From positions 1-63,778 of IMG/VR virus record IMGVR_UViG_3300036766_000471: a stretch of DNA of 63,778 nucleotides, one strand, 5' to 3'. Source of the stretch: a virus. Taxonomy: Duplodnaviria; Caudoviricetes. The notes under the pieces were generated by a model that worked only from the letters and a program-made list of their open reading frames with translations, was not told the origin of the DNA and did no database searches. Both the position numbers and the translations under genes were made by a program. Positions 27,405 to 36,797 of the stretch are shown here, one piece after another. Position 1 is the stretch's first letter, and every line of letters begins with the position of its first letter.

Positions 27405-27767
27405 TCACTTCTTCTTGGCTTCGTCGGACTTGGCCGGGTCCTCGGCCTTCGGGACGCGGGTGATGATGCAGGTTTCGAGGTTCACCCCGTCCTTGTCGTC
27501 CAGCCCGTACTTCGCCTTCACCTGCTGGGTGAACTGCGCCCGCTTCTTCGCGGACTCCTGCAACGCCCGCTGAAGCTCGTTGATGCGGAGTGAGTTCAGC
27601 TCAATCTGCGCCTCCATCCGAGCGCACTGCTCCGCGAAGAAGTGCATCTCGCGCGCTTCCTCTTTGGTGATTTTCTCCTGTGGCCCGGCGTCGCCCTTGT
27701 CCTTGATGACACTCTCGGGCTTCTTCCGCTCCATCTTCATCACCTTCGCCATCGCTTCCTTCGCCAT
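27405..27767 (-). CDS. small coiled-coil protein after fibre gene
   Basis: GGAGG RBS; VKAKYGL..KDGVN. Confidence 0.7.
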   Translation of the reverse strand: MAKEAMAKVMKMERKKPESVIKDKGDAGPQEKITKEEAREMHFFAEQCARMEAQIELNSLRINELQRALQESAKKRAQFTQQVKAKYGLDDKDGVNLETCIITRVPKAEDPAKSDEAKKK

Positions 27768-27797
27768 GTTCAGCCTCCTGTTGTGCTGCTGATTGAA

Positions 27798-28013
27798 TTA
27801 CGGGCGCCCACCACCTTGTCCCTGACCACCATCTTGCCCTTGTACCCGACCCGAGTGCTCGTTGGCAGCCGCCGCAGCCGCGAGAGCCTTGGTGTTCTCA
27901 CTCTCGCGGTGGGCCTTTCGGGCAGCCGGGTTGATAGGGCGCGTAGCAGGCGCGTCATTGACGAAGTTTCTCTCGTTGTGCTTGCCAGTGTCTCGATCGC
28001 TGCCCCTGCTCAT
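27798..28013 (-). CDS. small low-complexity protein
   Basis: GAGG RBS; disordered. Confidence 0.45.
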   Translation of the reverse strand: MSRGSDRDTGKHNERNFVNDAPATRPINPAARKAHRESENTKALAAAAAANEHSGRVQGQDGGQGQGGGRP

Positions 28014-28021
28014 ACGTCACC

Positions 28022-31000
28022 TCACCTTGAGTACCACTGCGTTGAGGTCTGCCCGTCAAACTCTTTGCTCGTGCCCGCGCCAAGCGCGAAGGCGTTGTTT
28101 GTGCCCAGTGCGTCGATGGCACCGCCCGTCACCGGGTACACGTTGCAGGAGTTTGCGCCCCGGTTGTGAACCACGATGCGCTTGCCCAGCACGGCGGTCG
28201 GCAGCTTCACCGAGTCCGCTGCCGTCGCAACGGTGATGACGAAGTTCACCTCGGCGGTGAGCGCCGTGGCGCTTGCCTGCCCACCGCCAGCGAATGCGGT
28301 GAGGCTCGTGACCGCGTTGTAGACCACCACACCGTCGCCGCCGACGTACCACTGCTTCGTCCCACCCTTGTCGTAGGCGAACGGGTAGTTGTTGGTCGCC
28401 CCGGTCATCGGGTCGGCATAGAACCCGTACTGGTCGGTGAGCGTCCCGCCTTGATTGAAGAAGTTGTAGGCGTAAAAGTGGGTAGCGTCTCCGATGGTTC
28501 CAGTCCGCCCAACCTCAGTCTCCATGTATGAGACGTAGCCCCATGCGTGGGTGATGTTGCCTGAGCCTTTGATGGCGATATCACCTTCAAAAGAGTTCAC
28601 CCTGTTCACTGCACTCGATGAGTCGAAGCTCGTCTCCGCGTAGTAGACCCCGGCGAAGTTGTTGGAGACGACACTTCCGTCGATGGCAAAGCGCCCCGAG
28701 TAAACGTTCGGTGTGGTGGAAGAGTTGTGAAGGTAGCCGATGTACTGCGCGTCAAGCGCGTAGGCCCAGACACCGCCACCATCGTAAGCCCCTGCGACGG
28801 TGAAGCCATCTTTGTCCACGCTGAACTGGCCTGTGTCGTAGTAGATGGCAAAGTTTTTCGTGGTCCCCTTGTCCACCCGAGCGAGCTTGATGCCGTATTG
28901 GTTGACGATAGTGGGCACCGCGTTCCACTCGTACTGCGTCTTGAAGGCAATGACGTTCGTGTACGTAGGTGCGGCAGTGTCCGAGTAAAAGTCGGCAGTG
29001 ATCGAGACAGCCTCGGCAACCGTGCCGCCCGTCTTGGCATTGTAGATCGAACCAAAAATGGCGCTCGCACCAGATGTGAGGCTCAACGAACCAAACAGCT
29101 CTACGTCAAAGTACACGTCACTCACGTGGTTGATGCCGGTTAGGGTGTCGTGAGCAGTACCCGCGTAGATTGCTTCTCCCAAGTAATCGGGAATGTCCGG
29201 GCGGAACTGGTCTTGTACCCAGCTTGTCTGTTTCGCCTTGCCACTCACCTGCCAGCTTGAAGTGCTGCCGTCGCTGGGACCGCTCGCCCAGATGGAGTAG
29301 TTCTGTCCCGTCGCCAGCACAACCGGGTTGATGTAGACGCCGAACTGGTTGGTGATGACCGACGTGCCCGAAGGTCGAGCCCACGCGAGGTTCAACCCAA
29401 AAACGTTTCCGACAGGTCCGTTCGAGGTGAAGCTGGTGCTGATGTTCAGTGCAGCGACCGTTGCGACAGTTCCAGCGGTGTGCGCCACGGAGAGATCAGC
29501 GTTGTAGCCGTAGAGGCCGCCTGAGAGTCCCAGCGTGCCAGTAACGCTGGCTGCTGTGTACGTTCCGAAGGCATGCGTGACGGAAGCATTCGCGCCCGTG
29601 GAAACGTTTGACTCGAACGCGGTGACCATCGTGCCGCCACCGAAGTCAGCGGTGAGCCCGTCCGTATTGGTAACGCGCGTGCGCCCGACACCGTAGACCT
29701 TGAAAGTCGAGCTGGCCCCTGCGTAGTAGAAGGGGAAGTTGGTCGTCCCTGAATTGAAGGGGGCCGCGTAGAACCCCGCGTTGAGCGTTCCTCCGCTCTG
29801 AGCTTGTGAGTAGAAGCTGGCGTTGGTGGTGATGCCAGCACCCGCAGTGTGCGAGGTGGCGTAATAGCTCGCTGCCGTTCCAATAGCCCCTGCGCCGAAG
29901 CTGCCGATCGTGCTGGTGTAGTACCCAGCCACGAGGGTCGCGCCACCTGCACCTGAAGTTCTGGGAGCAGAGGCAAAACCAAAGACGTTCGTTGCTGAGC
30001 TGCCACCAGAATGAATGACATTGAGATCGAACCCGCGACGGTTACCCGCCAGAGTCGAGGTGTGGCTGAAAGTCGCCCCAGTGGCGAGGTTGTTGAAGAC
30101 CACGAACGAGCCGGTCGTCGCTGTGACTTGGAATAGTGCAGCGGGGGCCGCGCCAATTCCAACCTGCCCGGTGTCGTCCACGATAATCGGGCCACCTGAC
30201 GCTCCGAGGACGTGAAGAGGCCCGCTCGGAGAGATGGTCCCAATGCCGACTTGGTTGGTCGAGGTGAGAACAAAGGGGCGCGTACCGGGGCTGCTCGTGT
30301 AGAAGCCGTTGCTCCCGGTCGGTGAAGTGCCCTCGCTGAAAATCTGGTACGTGGTGGTTGCACTGCCGTTGTTGTTCTGGAGGTAGAGCCCATACCCACG
30401 TGTGATGGTTCCGCCGCCCTTGTAAACCCCACGACTGTGCAGCGCTGCCGCGTTGCTAACGGTCATGCCGGTGTCGGTGCGAACAAAGCTCTCCACACCT
30501 GACAACCCGAAGACGGTGGTTGACCCGTAGGCTTCACCCCAGCCCAGCAGCGCAAACAAGTGGCCAGTTGTCGAAACCGACGATTCGTAGGTGAGCGTTG
30601 CTCCGATGGTGTTCAGCTCAGCATTCGACGTGTCGAAGGAGCCGTCGTACTTCAACCACACGTCGAGCCCCTCAGCGTTCGTGGTGGCGGGCTGATTGTG
30701 CGCGTTGATTGCAACAAAAGTGCTGACATCGAGGGCGTCGATCGTCGCGCCTACCTGCAACGTCGAGACGGCAGGGGTGGTGGCGAAACCAACCGCCATC
30801 TTGTCGATGAACGCCTTAGAGCCCGCGATAGGCTGCGCGAGCGTCGTGAGCACTCCACCAAAAGAAGCGTTCGCCGGTTGCAGATTGAGCAGTTGCCCGA
30901 CCAGCGTTGCACCACTCGCGTTGGGCACTGCGCCGATGGCGGCGAGCGTGAGGTCACCCGTGTTCGTGCCGCTGAGGTTGAAGGCAAAGATGGAACCGGG

Positions 31001-31099
31001 GAAGGTCTTGTCTCCCGCACCCATCACCTGATTGACGAGGCTCACCGCTCCGCGCTGCGTTGCGGAAACGTCCTGAATCGGCGGAGGGTTGAGCTGCAT
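28022..31099 (-). CDS. long tail fibre / spike protein
   Basis: 1025 aa Gly/Ser/Thr/Asn-rich; GTNTGD, VGIGT.SP..LHV repeats; ATG 31099 in TGATG overlap. Confidence 0.8.
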   Translation of the reverse strand: MQLNPPPIQDVSATQRGAVSLVNQVMGAGDKTFPGSIFAFNLSGTNTGDLTLAAIGAVPNASGATLVGQLLNLQPANASFGGVLTTLAQPIAGSKAFIDKMAVGFATTPAVSTLQVGATIDALDVSTFVAINAHNQPATTNAEGLDVWLKYDGSFDTSNAELNTIGATLTYESSVSTTGHLFALLGWGEAYGSTTVFGLSGVESFVRTDTGMTVSNAAALHSRGVYKGGGTITRGYGLYLQNNNGSATTTYQIFSEGTSPTGSNGFYTSSPGTRPFVLTSTNQVGIGTISPSGPLHVLGASGGPIIVDDTGQVGIGAAPAALFQVTATTGSFVVFNNLATGATFSHTSTLAGNRRGFDLNVIHSGGSSATNVFGFASAPRTSGAGGATLVAGYYTSTIGSFGAGAIGTAASYYATSHTAGAGITTNASFYSQAQSGGTLNAGFYAAPFNSGTTNFPFYYAGASSTFKVYGVGRTRVTNTDGLTADFGGGTMVTAFESNVSTGANASVTHAFGTYTAASVTGTLGLSGGLYGYNADLSVAHTAGTVATVAALNISTSFTSNGPVGNVFGLNLAWARPSGTSVITNQFGVYINPVVLATGQNYSIWASGPSDGSTSSWQVSGKAKQTSWVQDQFRPDIPDYLGEAIYAGTAHDTLTGINHVSDVYFDVELFGSLSLTSGASAIFGSIYNAKTGGTVAEAVSITADFYSDTAAPTYTNVIAFKTQYEWNAVPTIVNQYGIKLARVDKGTTKNFAIYYDTGQFSVDKDGFTVAGAYDGGGVWAYALDAQYIGYLHNSSTTPNVYSGRFAIDGSVVSNNFAGVYYAETSFDSSSAVNRVNSFEGDIAIKGSGNITHAWGYVSYMETEVGRTGTIGDATHFYAYNFFNQGGTLTDQYGFYADPMTGATNNYPFAYDKGGTKQWYVGGDGVVVYNAVTSLTAFAGGGQASATALTAEVNFVITVATAADSVKLPTAVLGKRIVVHNRGANSCNVYPVTGGAIDALGTNNAFALGAGTSKEFDGQTSTQWYSR

Positions 31100-31419
31100 C
31101 AGACGTTCTCCTGACCTGTTACGTCGATCGCATAGGGGATGATGCGCGGGCTGGCAGGCCAACCCCCGACACGCAGCACACTGTAGTGGAACCCGTTGGT
31201 GATTACCGTCCGAGCATTCCCGAAGCCGCTGTAATTCTGGCTGAAGCTCGTGCCGTCGTGAATCACTTCGCGAATGCCCAAGAAGGCGAAGTCCGCGATG
31301 AGCATGATGAGCCGAAAGGCGTCGCCGTCCGGGTCGGTCACATCAAGCTGAAGCACCTGCGTCGCAGCGATAGCCGTGCCCGGAGCTGGCGACACGTTGC
31401 TGACGACCGGCGCGGCCAT
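31099..31419 (-). CDS. small Ig-like virion protein
   Basis: P.VSNVSP..G; paralogous to C-terminus of 26529..27401. Confidence 0.65.
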   Translation of the reverse strand: MAAPVVSNVSPAPGTAIAATQVLQLDVTDPDGDAFRLIMLIADFAFLGIREVIHDGTSFSQNYSGFGNARTVITNGFHYSVLRVGGWPASPRIIPYAIDVTGQENV

Positions 31420-31430
31420 GGGTCAGTCCC

Positions 31431-32648
31431 TCAGTTTGAAGCAAGGGTGAATGCGTCGGGATTGTTCCCGGTGGTGATGATGGGCTGGTCCGTCTGCGCG
31501 GAGACGGCGGTCACAAGCGCGAGGCTGGTGCGCAGTGCCTGAAGCGGCTTCGCGGTGACGTTGCCAGCGGGGCTCACGATGCTGTTCCCGGTCGGCGCGA
31601 GGCCGCTCACGTTGCCCAGAATGGTGAGGGCGTCCTTGATGACGATGGGCGCGCCCGCCACCAGCGAGTTGACGTAGGTCACCATCGACGCCCGCGCTGC
31701 AAGGGCTGCGGTGTTCACGTCCGTGCCCGCGATGAAGGAGAGCCCAAGTTGGAAGCTCTGAAGCACCACGTTGGCCACGATGACCTGCACGAAGGTACCC
31801 GCAGGACGGACCTCGGCGAGGGCGTTGAACACGGTGGTGGCCAGCAGCTGGCTCTGCACCTCGTACCGGGCTGGAATGGTGTCGTAGTTGACGAACTGCT
31901 CGGTGAAGGCGTCGGTCACCACTAGCTGCACGAGACGCGCGGGCCTGCCCAGTGAGTCAATGACCTCGAACGCCTTGGCGGTGGTGACACCTTCGACACC
32001 CAGAGCTGCCTCTTCCAGCGCCCCCAACGTGCCCCTGCGCACCGTGGTGAAGAAGCGGCGGGCCCGGTCCCTCAAGGAAGCATCGTTCTCTGCGTCACCT
32101 GCGCCAGCCGTGGCGAAGGGGTTGGAGACGGTCAGGTCTGTCGGCTGGCTGGTGATGGAGGTGGTGATGCTGGTGATGGCCAGCGCCTTCACGTTCTGGC
32201 TGGACCCCGCCAGCGAGCTGCGCACACCGCATGCCAAGGGGCCCATCGAGCCCGCGAGGAAGACCACCGAGTCGGAGGTGATGAACTCCACGCCGTCCGG
32301 GGTGCTCAGTCGCACACCGATGGGGATGGTGAAGGTGGTGGGAGCCCCCACGAGGGTGCGGAACTGTACCGTGCCCTGACTGGAGGCGGCAGGCTTCCTC
32401 ACGAGGCCGTAGCGGTCGAACACGAGACGATCGAGCGCTGCCCCTACCGCCGAGTCGATGAACGTCCCCGCTTCAACCTGAGCCAGCTGGCCGGTCACTT
32501 GGTCGGCCACCGCGGCGATGCTGGCCACGAGGATGTTGGCGTCCATGCCCTCCCGTTCCACCGCTTCCCGGCTCACCTTCGCGTTGCGCAGCAACGTCTC
32601 GTCGCGGGCGGTGCGGAAGAAGTCATTGAATGTAGGGAAATCAGCCAT
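31431..32648 (-). CDS. baseplate J-like (Mu gp47) protein
   Basis: A.G.ALD......GL.RKPA, G.DAEND..LR.R, RPAG. Confidence 0.9.
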   Translation of the reverse strand: MADFPTFNDFFRTARDETLLRNAKVSREAVEREGMDANILVASIAAVADQVTGQLAQVEAGTFIDSAVGAALDRLVFDRYGLVRKPAASSQGTVQFRTLVGAPTTFTIPIGVRLSTPDGVEFITSDSVVFLAGSMGPLACGVRSSLAGSSQNVKALAITSITTSITSQPTDLTVSNPFATAGAGDAENDASLRDRARRFFTTVRRGTLGALEEAALGVEGVTTAKAFEVIDSLGRPARLVQLVVTDAFTEQFVNYDTIPARYEVQSQLLATTVFNALAEVRPAGTFVQVIVANVVLQSFQLGLSFIAGTDVNTAALAARASMVTYVNSLVAGAPIVIKDALTILGNVSGLAPTGNSIVSPAGNVTAKPLQALRTSLALVTAVSAQTDQPIITTGNNPDAFTLASN

Positions 32649-32657
32649 TTGCGCACC

Positions 32658-33779
32658 TCATAGCACGAGGCCCCCGTCCTTCGCTTTGAACCCGATTTCG
32701 AGCGTCTCGCCGGTCGGGCGCATCTTGGCGCGCACGGTGACGGTGAGCACCCCATTGGAGGCCAAAGTGACTGCGGCGCTCACCTGCGCCACCTCCCGCT
32801 CCTGAAGGCACTGCTGCTCAATCTGCGTCTTCAGCGAAGCCAGCTTCGAGGGGGGCACCGGCTCCTTCACCCTGATGCCGATGCCGTAGCTGGGCAGGTG
32901 GAAGAAGTCGCCGGGGAAGGAAAAGAGGCGACGGAGGATGAGCTTGCGCAACAGTTGCGCGCCCGTCTCCAGCTTGTAGTCGCCTGCGGCATCGAGCTGG
33001 AGCGTTCCCGCGGCCCAGTTGACCTGCGGCAACTGCGGGTTGGCGATGTCCTGCACGGAGTTGCTAGCGGGGATGGGGTGCTTCGTGGCCTCGTCGAGCA
33101 GGCCAAGGAAGTCGGCGGAGCGCGGGGAAACAATGGGGGCACCCGCTACGTCCTTGAGCGTTGTGCTGCTCACCCGATGCGTCACACGAACCGGGCCGAA
33201 CTCTTCCAGCGTCAGCAGCCGGTAGGTGTACGTGCTCACCTGCTGCACAGCGACCACGTGCAAGTACACCGCTGAGTCGAGCCGTTGCAGCAGCCACGTC
33301 GCCGGGTTCAGTGCATCGCCTGCGAGGAAGGGGCTGTTGTCCTGCACGAGGTTCGAGACGGTGACATCCACCTCGCGCGTAGAGACAGCCGCCGCCTTCC
33401 GCAGGAAGACCCCGAGGCCGCTGGCCGCGTCGCCGTAGGGGAGGATGCCCTCGTCGTCGAGGCCCCACCCGAGCGGACGATTCTGCACGGAGCACCGCGC
33501 GGTGGCCGCAGCGATGATGCCGTCCTGCACTGTGACCGTGCGTGGGCCCAAGCTCCCCATCTTCACGTTGAAGATTTTGGTGCCGCTCGGCAGCAAGCCA
33601 GTGACAGGGAACAGCGGAACGATGGTGATTTCTGGGTCGCTGGAGGTGAACCAGATGGTCCCCGCGTAGCCCGCGTCGATGGTTCCGCCTGCGTTGCGCG
33701 CCGTCACCCGGAAGCGGTGCTGGAGCCCAAGCAGCGGGTTCTTCGGGAACTGCTCGATGTCGAAGTAGGTGGCTGCCAT
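32658..33779 (-). CDS. Ig-like domains fused to gp25/gpW-like baseplate domain
   Basis: VTA.NA...Y.GTI.FTSSD N-terminus; GDY...ILRRL..PG.F.H.P.YG.G C-terminus. Confidence 0.65.
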   Translation of the reverse strand: MAATYFDIEQFPKNPLLGLQHRFRVTARNAGGTIDAGYAGTIWFTSSDPEITIVPLFPVTGLLPSGTKIFNVKMGSLGPRTVTVQDGIIAAATARCSVQNRPLGWGLDDEGILPYGDAASGLGVFLRKAAAVSTREVDVTVSNLVQDNSPFLAGDALNPATWLLQRLDSAVYLHVVAVQQVSTYTYRLLTLEEFGPVRVTHRVSSTTLKDVAGAPIVSPRSADFLGLLDEATKHPIPASNSVQDIANPQLPQVNWAAGTLQLDAAGDYKLETGAQLLRKLILRRLFSFPGDFFHLPSYGIGIRVKEPVPPSKLASLKTQIEQQCLQEREVAQVSAAVTLASNGVLTVTVRAKMRPTGETLEIGFKAKDGGLVL

Positions 33780-33784
33780 GGGGT

Positions 33785-34171
33785 CTACGAAATCACGTTG
33801 CGGTCTGTGACGCGCCTCCAGTTGGTGCCGTCAGAGAACGCGGGTACTGCGCCACCCACGTCGTTGGTGACGTAGATGAGGTTCCCGGTGTTGGCAGCTG
33901 CACTGGGGAGTGCGGTCTTGACGTACTGCGCGAGCTGCGTGGGGAACTTCGTGGGGCCGTTCTGAAGAATGCGCACGAACGCCAGCACGAGCGCCTTCAC
34001 GTAGTTGTTCTGCACCCCAAAGGAGTCATACGCGGCAGCGTCCGCGAAGAGCGAGTCAGTGACGACCGCGAGCGAAGGCCGCGCCGACCCGTTGATGTAG
34101 ATGCTCTTCGCGTCCGTGGCAAAGGCGGTCGCACGATCTGCATCTGCGTCGGTGACAATCACAGCGCTCAT
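33785..34171 (-). CDS. small virion fibre-like protein
   Basis: LPSA...G.LIYV...GGAVPAFSDGTNWRRVTDR; ATGA coupling. Confidence 0.65.
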   Translation of the reverse strand: MSAVIVTDADADRATAFATDAKSIYINGSARPSLAVVTDSLFADAAAYDSFGVQNNYVKALVLAFVRILQNGPTKFPTQLAQYVKTALPSAAANTGNLIYVTNDVGGAVPAFSDGTNWRRVTDRNVIS

Positions 34172-34944
34172 TTGGTTTTTGAAACCTTCGAGAGGAAGTC
34201 CTGATTCGAGCTGGCGTCGGACTCGAACTGCTGCACCGCTGCCTTCAACGCCTGTGCGGCCTGCTGCCCGGAAGTGCAGAACGCTGCGATAGCCGCTTTC
34301 AAGGTGAGGGCTGCCGCAGGAATGAGAATGCCCGCGCACGTCGCTGAGCTTTGGAAAGTGCTGAACGCCGTCGCCAAGTTGTCGAACTGCGTCTCCAACG
34401 AGTTGTCCATCGTCTTCTGCTTGTCGCGGTAGGTGTCGCCGATGACGAGGTGCTCGCTGGCGTCTTCCTTCCCGAGGATGATGGTGTCGTCCTTGCCGTC
34501 TGAATCGAAAATCTGCTTCCCGTCTTCGGTGGTGACTACGCGACGATTCAGCTTCGGCTTCACCACCACTGCCAAGTCTTCGGGGTGGTCCTGCACCGTC
34601 TTCGGTGGGGCGTACTTTTCGCTCCACACCCGCGCGACGACGATTGGCCCCAGCGCCGGGTCACCCTCTGGGAGAAGAACGTACACCTCGTCGCCCTCGT
34701 AGATGAGCCCGGTGTGGTCCCCGAACTCCTTGCCCGCGTAGTCCATCGCCACCCGGCAGGTCATCTCCAAGCCCGAAGGCAGCAGCTGCACATCCACGTA
34801 GTGCCCGTGCTCTTTGTCGATGGAGCTGTCCTTGAGCGCCTCAGCCCGCGAACCGTTGATGCGAGGGTCGATGCCGGGGCGCGACACGCCCGCCGAAAGG
34901 CGGGTGAGGTCAGGGATGGTGCCAACACGAGAGCGGCGGAGCAT
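34168..34944 (-). CDS. baseplate spike (gpV-like OB-fold)
   Basis: YAG..FG...GDEV.V..P.GDP..P; position after hub. Confidence 0.75.
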   Translation of the reverse strand: MLRRSRVGTIPDLTRLSAGVSRPGIDPRINGSRAEALKDSSIDKEHGHYVDVQLLPSGLEMTCRVAMDYAGKEFGDHTGLIYEGDEVYVLLPEGDPALGPIVVARVWSEKYAPPKTVQDHPEDLAVVVKPKLNRRVVTTEDGKQIFDSDGKDDTIILGKEDASEHLVIGDTYRDKQKTMDNSLETQFDNLATAFSTFQSSATCAGILIPAAALTLKAAIAAFCTSGQQAAQALKAAVQQFESDASSNQDFLSKVSKTK

Positions 34945-36797
34945 TAGGTGATGACTGTCCCAGTCAGCGGGTTGGTGGCTCCAGTGGCGGACCCGAAGGC
35001 ACTCGCTTTCTGCGTTCCCTTAAGCTCCGTTGAGATCTGCTCATCTTTGTCGAAATCGAAGCGCGCGGTGATGTAGTTCTGGAAGTCGAAGTCCACCGCG
35101 ATGCCGGTGGCAATCGCCCATGTGTATTTCACGTTAGCCACCCGAAAAACGGTCTGGAGTGCCTGATACTGGCCCCGCGCTGTGCCCACGAGCACCTCAG
35201 CGAGCTTCTTGTCGAGGCCCAGCCGGTCTTGGAGGTCCTGCACAGCCTCGCCGGGGGCGCGAGCGGCAGCATTGGCGATTTCGTTCACGACAGGGGGGTA
35301 GGCGTTCAAGCCACTGGCGTCCACTGCGAACTCGATGGCGTCGCCGGGGCGCAGCCGGATGATGTCGGCGTCCGCGTTGTCCCCGCCCAGCGAAGCCAAG
35401 TCCTTCGTGCTGGCGCTGCCTCCAAGCTCCCCGCGACCAATCTCGTTGTAGATGTTCCGGGCGATGTCAGTCAGCCGATCTGAGTCCACGATGCCGTTCA
35501 CCGGGATGCGAAGAGCTTCTCCACGTGATTGCTTGCCCGAAGGGTCCACCGCACTGGCAGCCTGCTCCTGCTTCGAGATGGGAGGCCAGTCACCGAAGAC
35601 GAGACGCTTTTTCGGCTCCTTCGACATGTCGAGGGCCACGGTGCGCACCCACGGCACTGTGACCCCTCCGAACTTTCGTTCCAACTTCCAGTTCAGCAGG
35701 TTGCGCCCGTAAATCATTTTGCGAAAGGAGGCGTCGATCGTCTTCCCGTCAGCAAACTTGATGGTGCGCGGCGCGCCATCTCCGTTCGGGCCCTTGAACG
35801 GTGTCTTGGTGCCCTCAGTGATTCCTTGATTGTTCTTCTGGTCAAAGAGGCTCTTCACCGGGCGAATCCAAAGCTCATCAGCGATGAAGTACGGCATCGC
35901 ACCAACCACGTTGCAGTACGTGGTGATGACATCCCAATAGGCGACCGAGTTCGGGTCCGCCTTCATTGGGTTGAAGCTCTGCTTCTTGCCATCCTGCCCC
36001 TTGGTATCGCGAGCTAGGAGATCTGGCGATGCGGGTGCAGGGATTTTTTTGTTGGGCCACTCGTTCGCGTTGATGCGCACCGGGATTTTTTTGCCTTGTG
36101 GCCACTGCCCAAGAATCTGCTTCACCACCTCGTCGATGGGCTTGTTCACATCGATCTTCTTCAATGTCTCCGCGCTGACTTTCGAGTCCAGCAGGAAGCC
36201 AGCGATGCCCCGCCCGTCGAGGGTCACCGTGCTGCCTTTGTCGTTGTGCTCGTTCGTGATGTTGTCCACGAGCCCAACCAGCATCAGGTTCTCCGCCTTC
36301 AGCGCCAGCTGGCTCGCCAACCGCCGCCCGTCGCCGGTTCCAAAGAACGCCTGCCCACTCATGCCCGCGGTGAAGTCCGTGCCGGGGATGACCCCGATGT
36401 AGATGCGCGCCGCCATCGAGCGAATCGCCCGCGGGTCCACGGGGAAGTCCTTCCACGCGAAGGTCATGCTGAACTTCGGCGTCTGCCGGTACGAGGGCAG
36501 CTCCACATTCGCAGCGGTCGGAACAATGACGAGTGACTTCGTAAGGGCATCACTCCCATCGTCATCGAACAGCGCACCTTGTTGCTCTGCACCCCCAGCT
36601 ACTGGCGCGGCAGACGACGCAGCCATACTCGCCGCCGACTGTGGCACCGCAGTCCTAGAAGTTTTGACAGCGGAAGCTCCCGCGGCCCCAGCTGCTGCAC
36701 CCGCAGCTTCAGGTGACAGCGGCTCTTGTTCCTTGAGCAACGCCTCATCGAAGCGCACCACCAACTTGACCGCGATGGAGGGGAAGTAGAGCGGCAT
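34944..36797 (-). CDS. baseplate hub (gpD/gp27-like)
   Basis: GLVD...VTLDGR, LRPGD.I; position. Confidence 0.7.
   Translation of the reverse strand: MPLYFPSIAVKLVVRFDEALLKEQEPLSPEAAGAAAGAAGASAVKTSRTAVPQSAASMAASSAAPVAGGAEQQGALFDDDGSDALTKSLVIVPTAANVELPSYRQTPKFSMTFAWKDFPVDPRAIRSMAARIYIGVIPGTDFTAGMSGQAFFGTGDGRRLASQLALKAENLMLVGLVDNITNEHNDKGSTVTLDGRGIAGFLLDSKVSAETLKKIDVNKPIDEVVKQILGQWPQGKKIPVRINANEWPNKKIPAPASPDLLARDTKGQDGKKQSFNPMKADPNSVAYWDVITTYCNVVGAMPYFIADELWIRPVKSLFDQKNNQGITEGTKTPFKGPNGDGAPRTIKFADGKTIDASFRKMIYGRNLLNWKLERKFGGVTVPWVRTVALDMSKEPKKRLVFGDWPPISKQEQAASAVDPSGKQSRGEALRIPVNGIVDSDRLTDIARNIYNEIGRGELGGSASTKDLASLGGDNADADIIRLRPGDAIEFAVDASGLNAYPPVVNEIANAAARAPGEAVQDLQDRLGLDKKLAEVLVGTARGQYQALQTVFRVANVKYTWAIATGIAVDFDFQNYITARFDFDKDEQISTELKGTQKASAFGSATGATNPLTGTVIT

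Noticed and set aside
21037-31099. Diversity-generating retroelement or invertible fibre shufflon
   Set aside because: No reverse transcriptase, invertase, TR/VR pair or inverted fibre tails found in the window.
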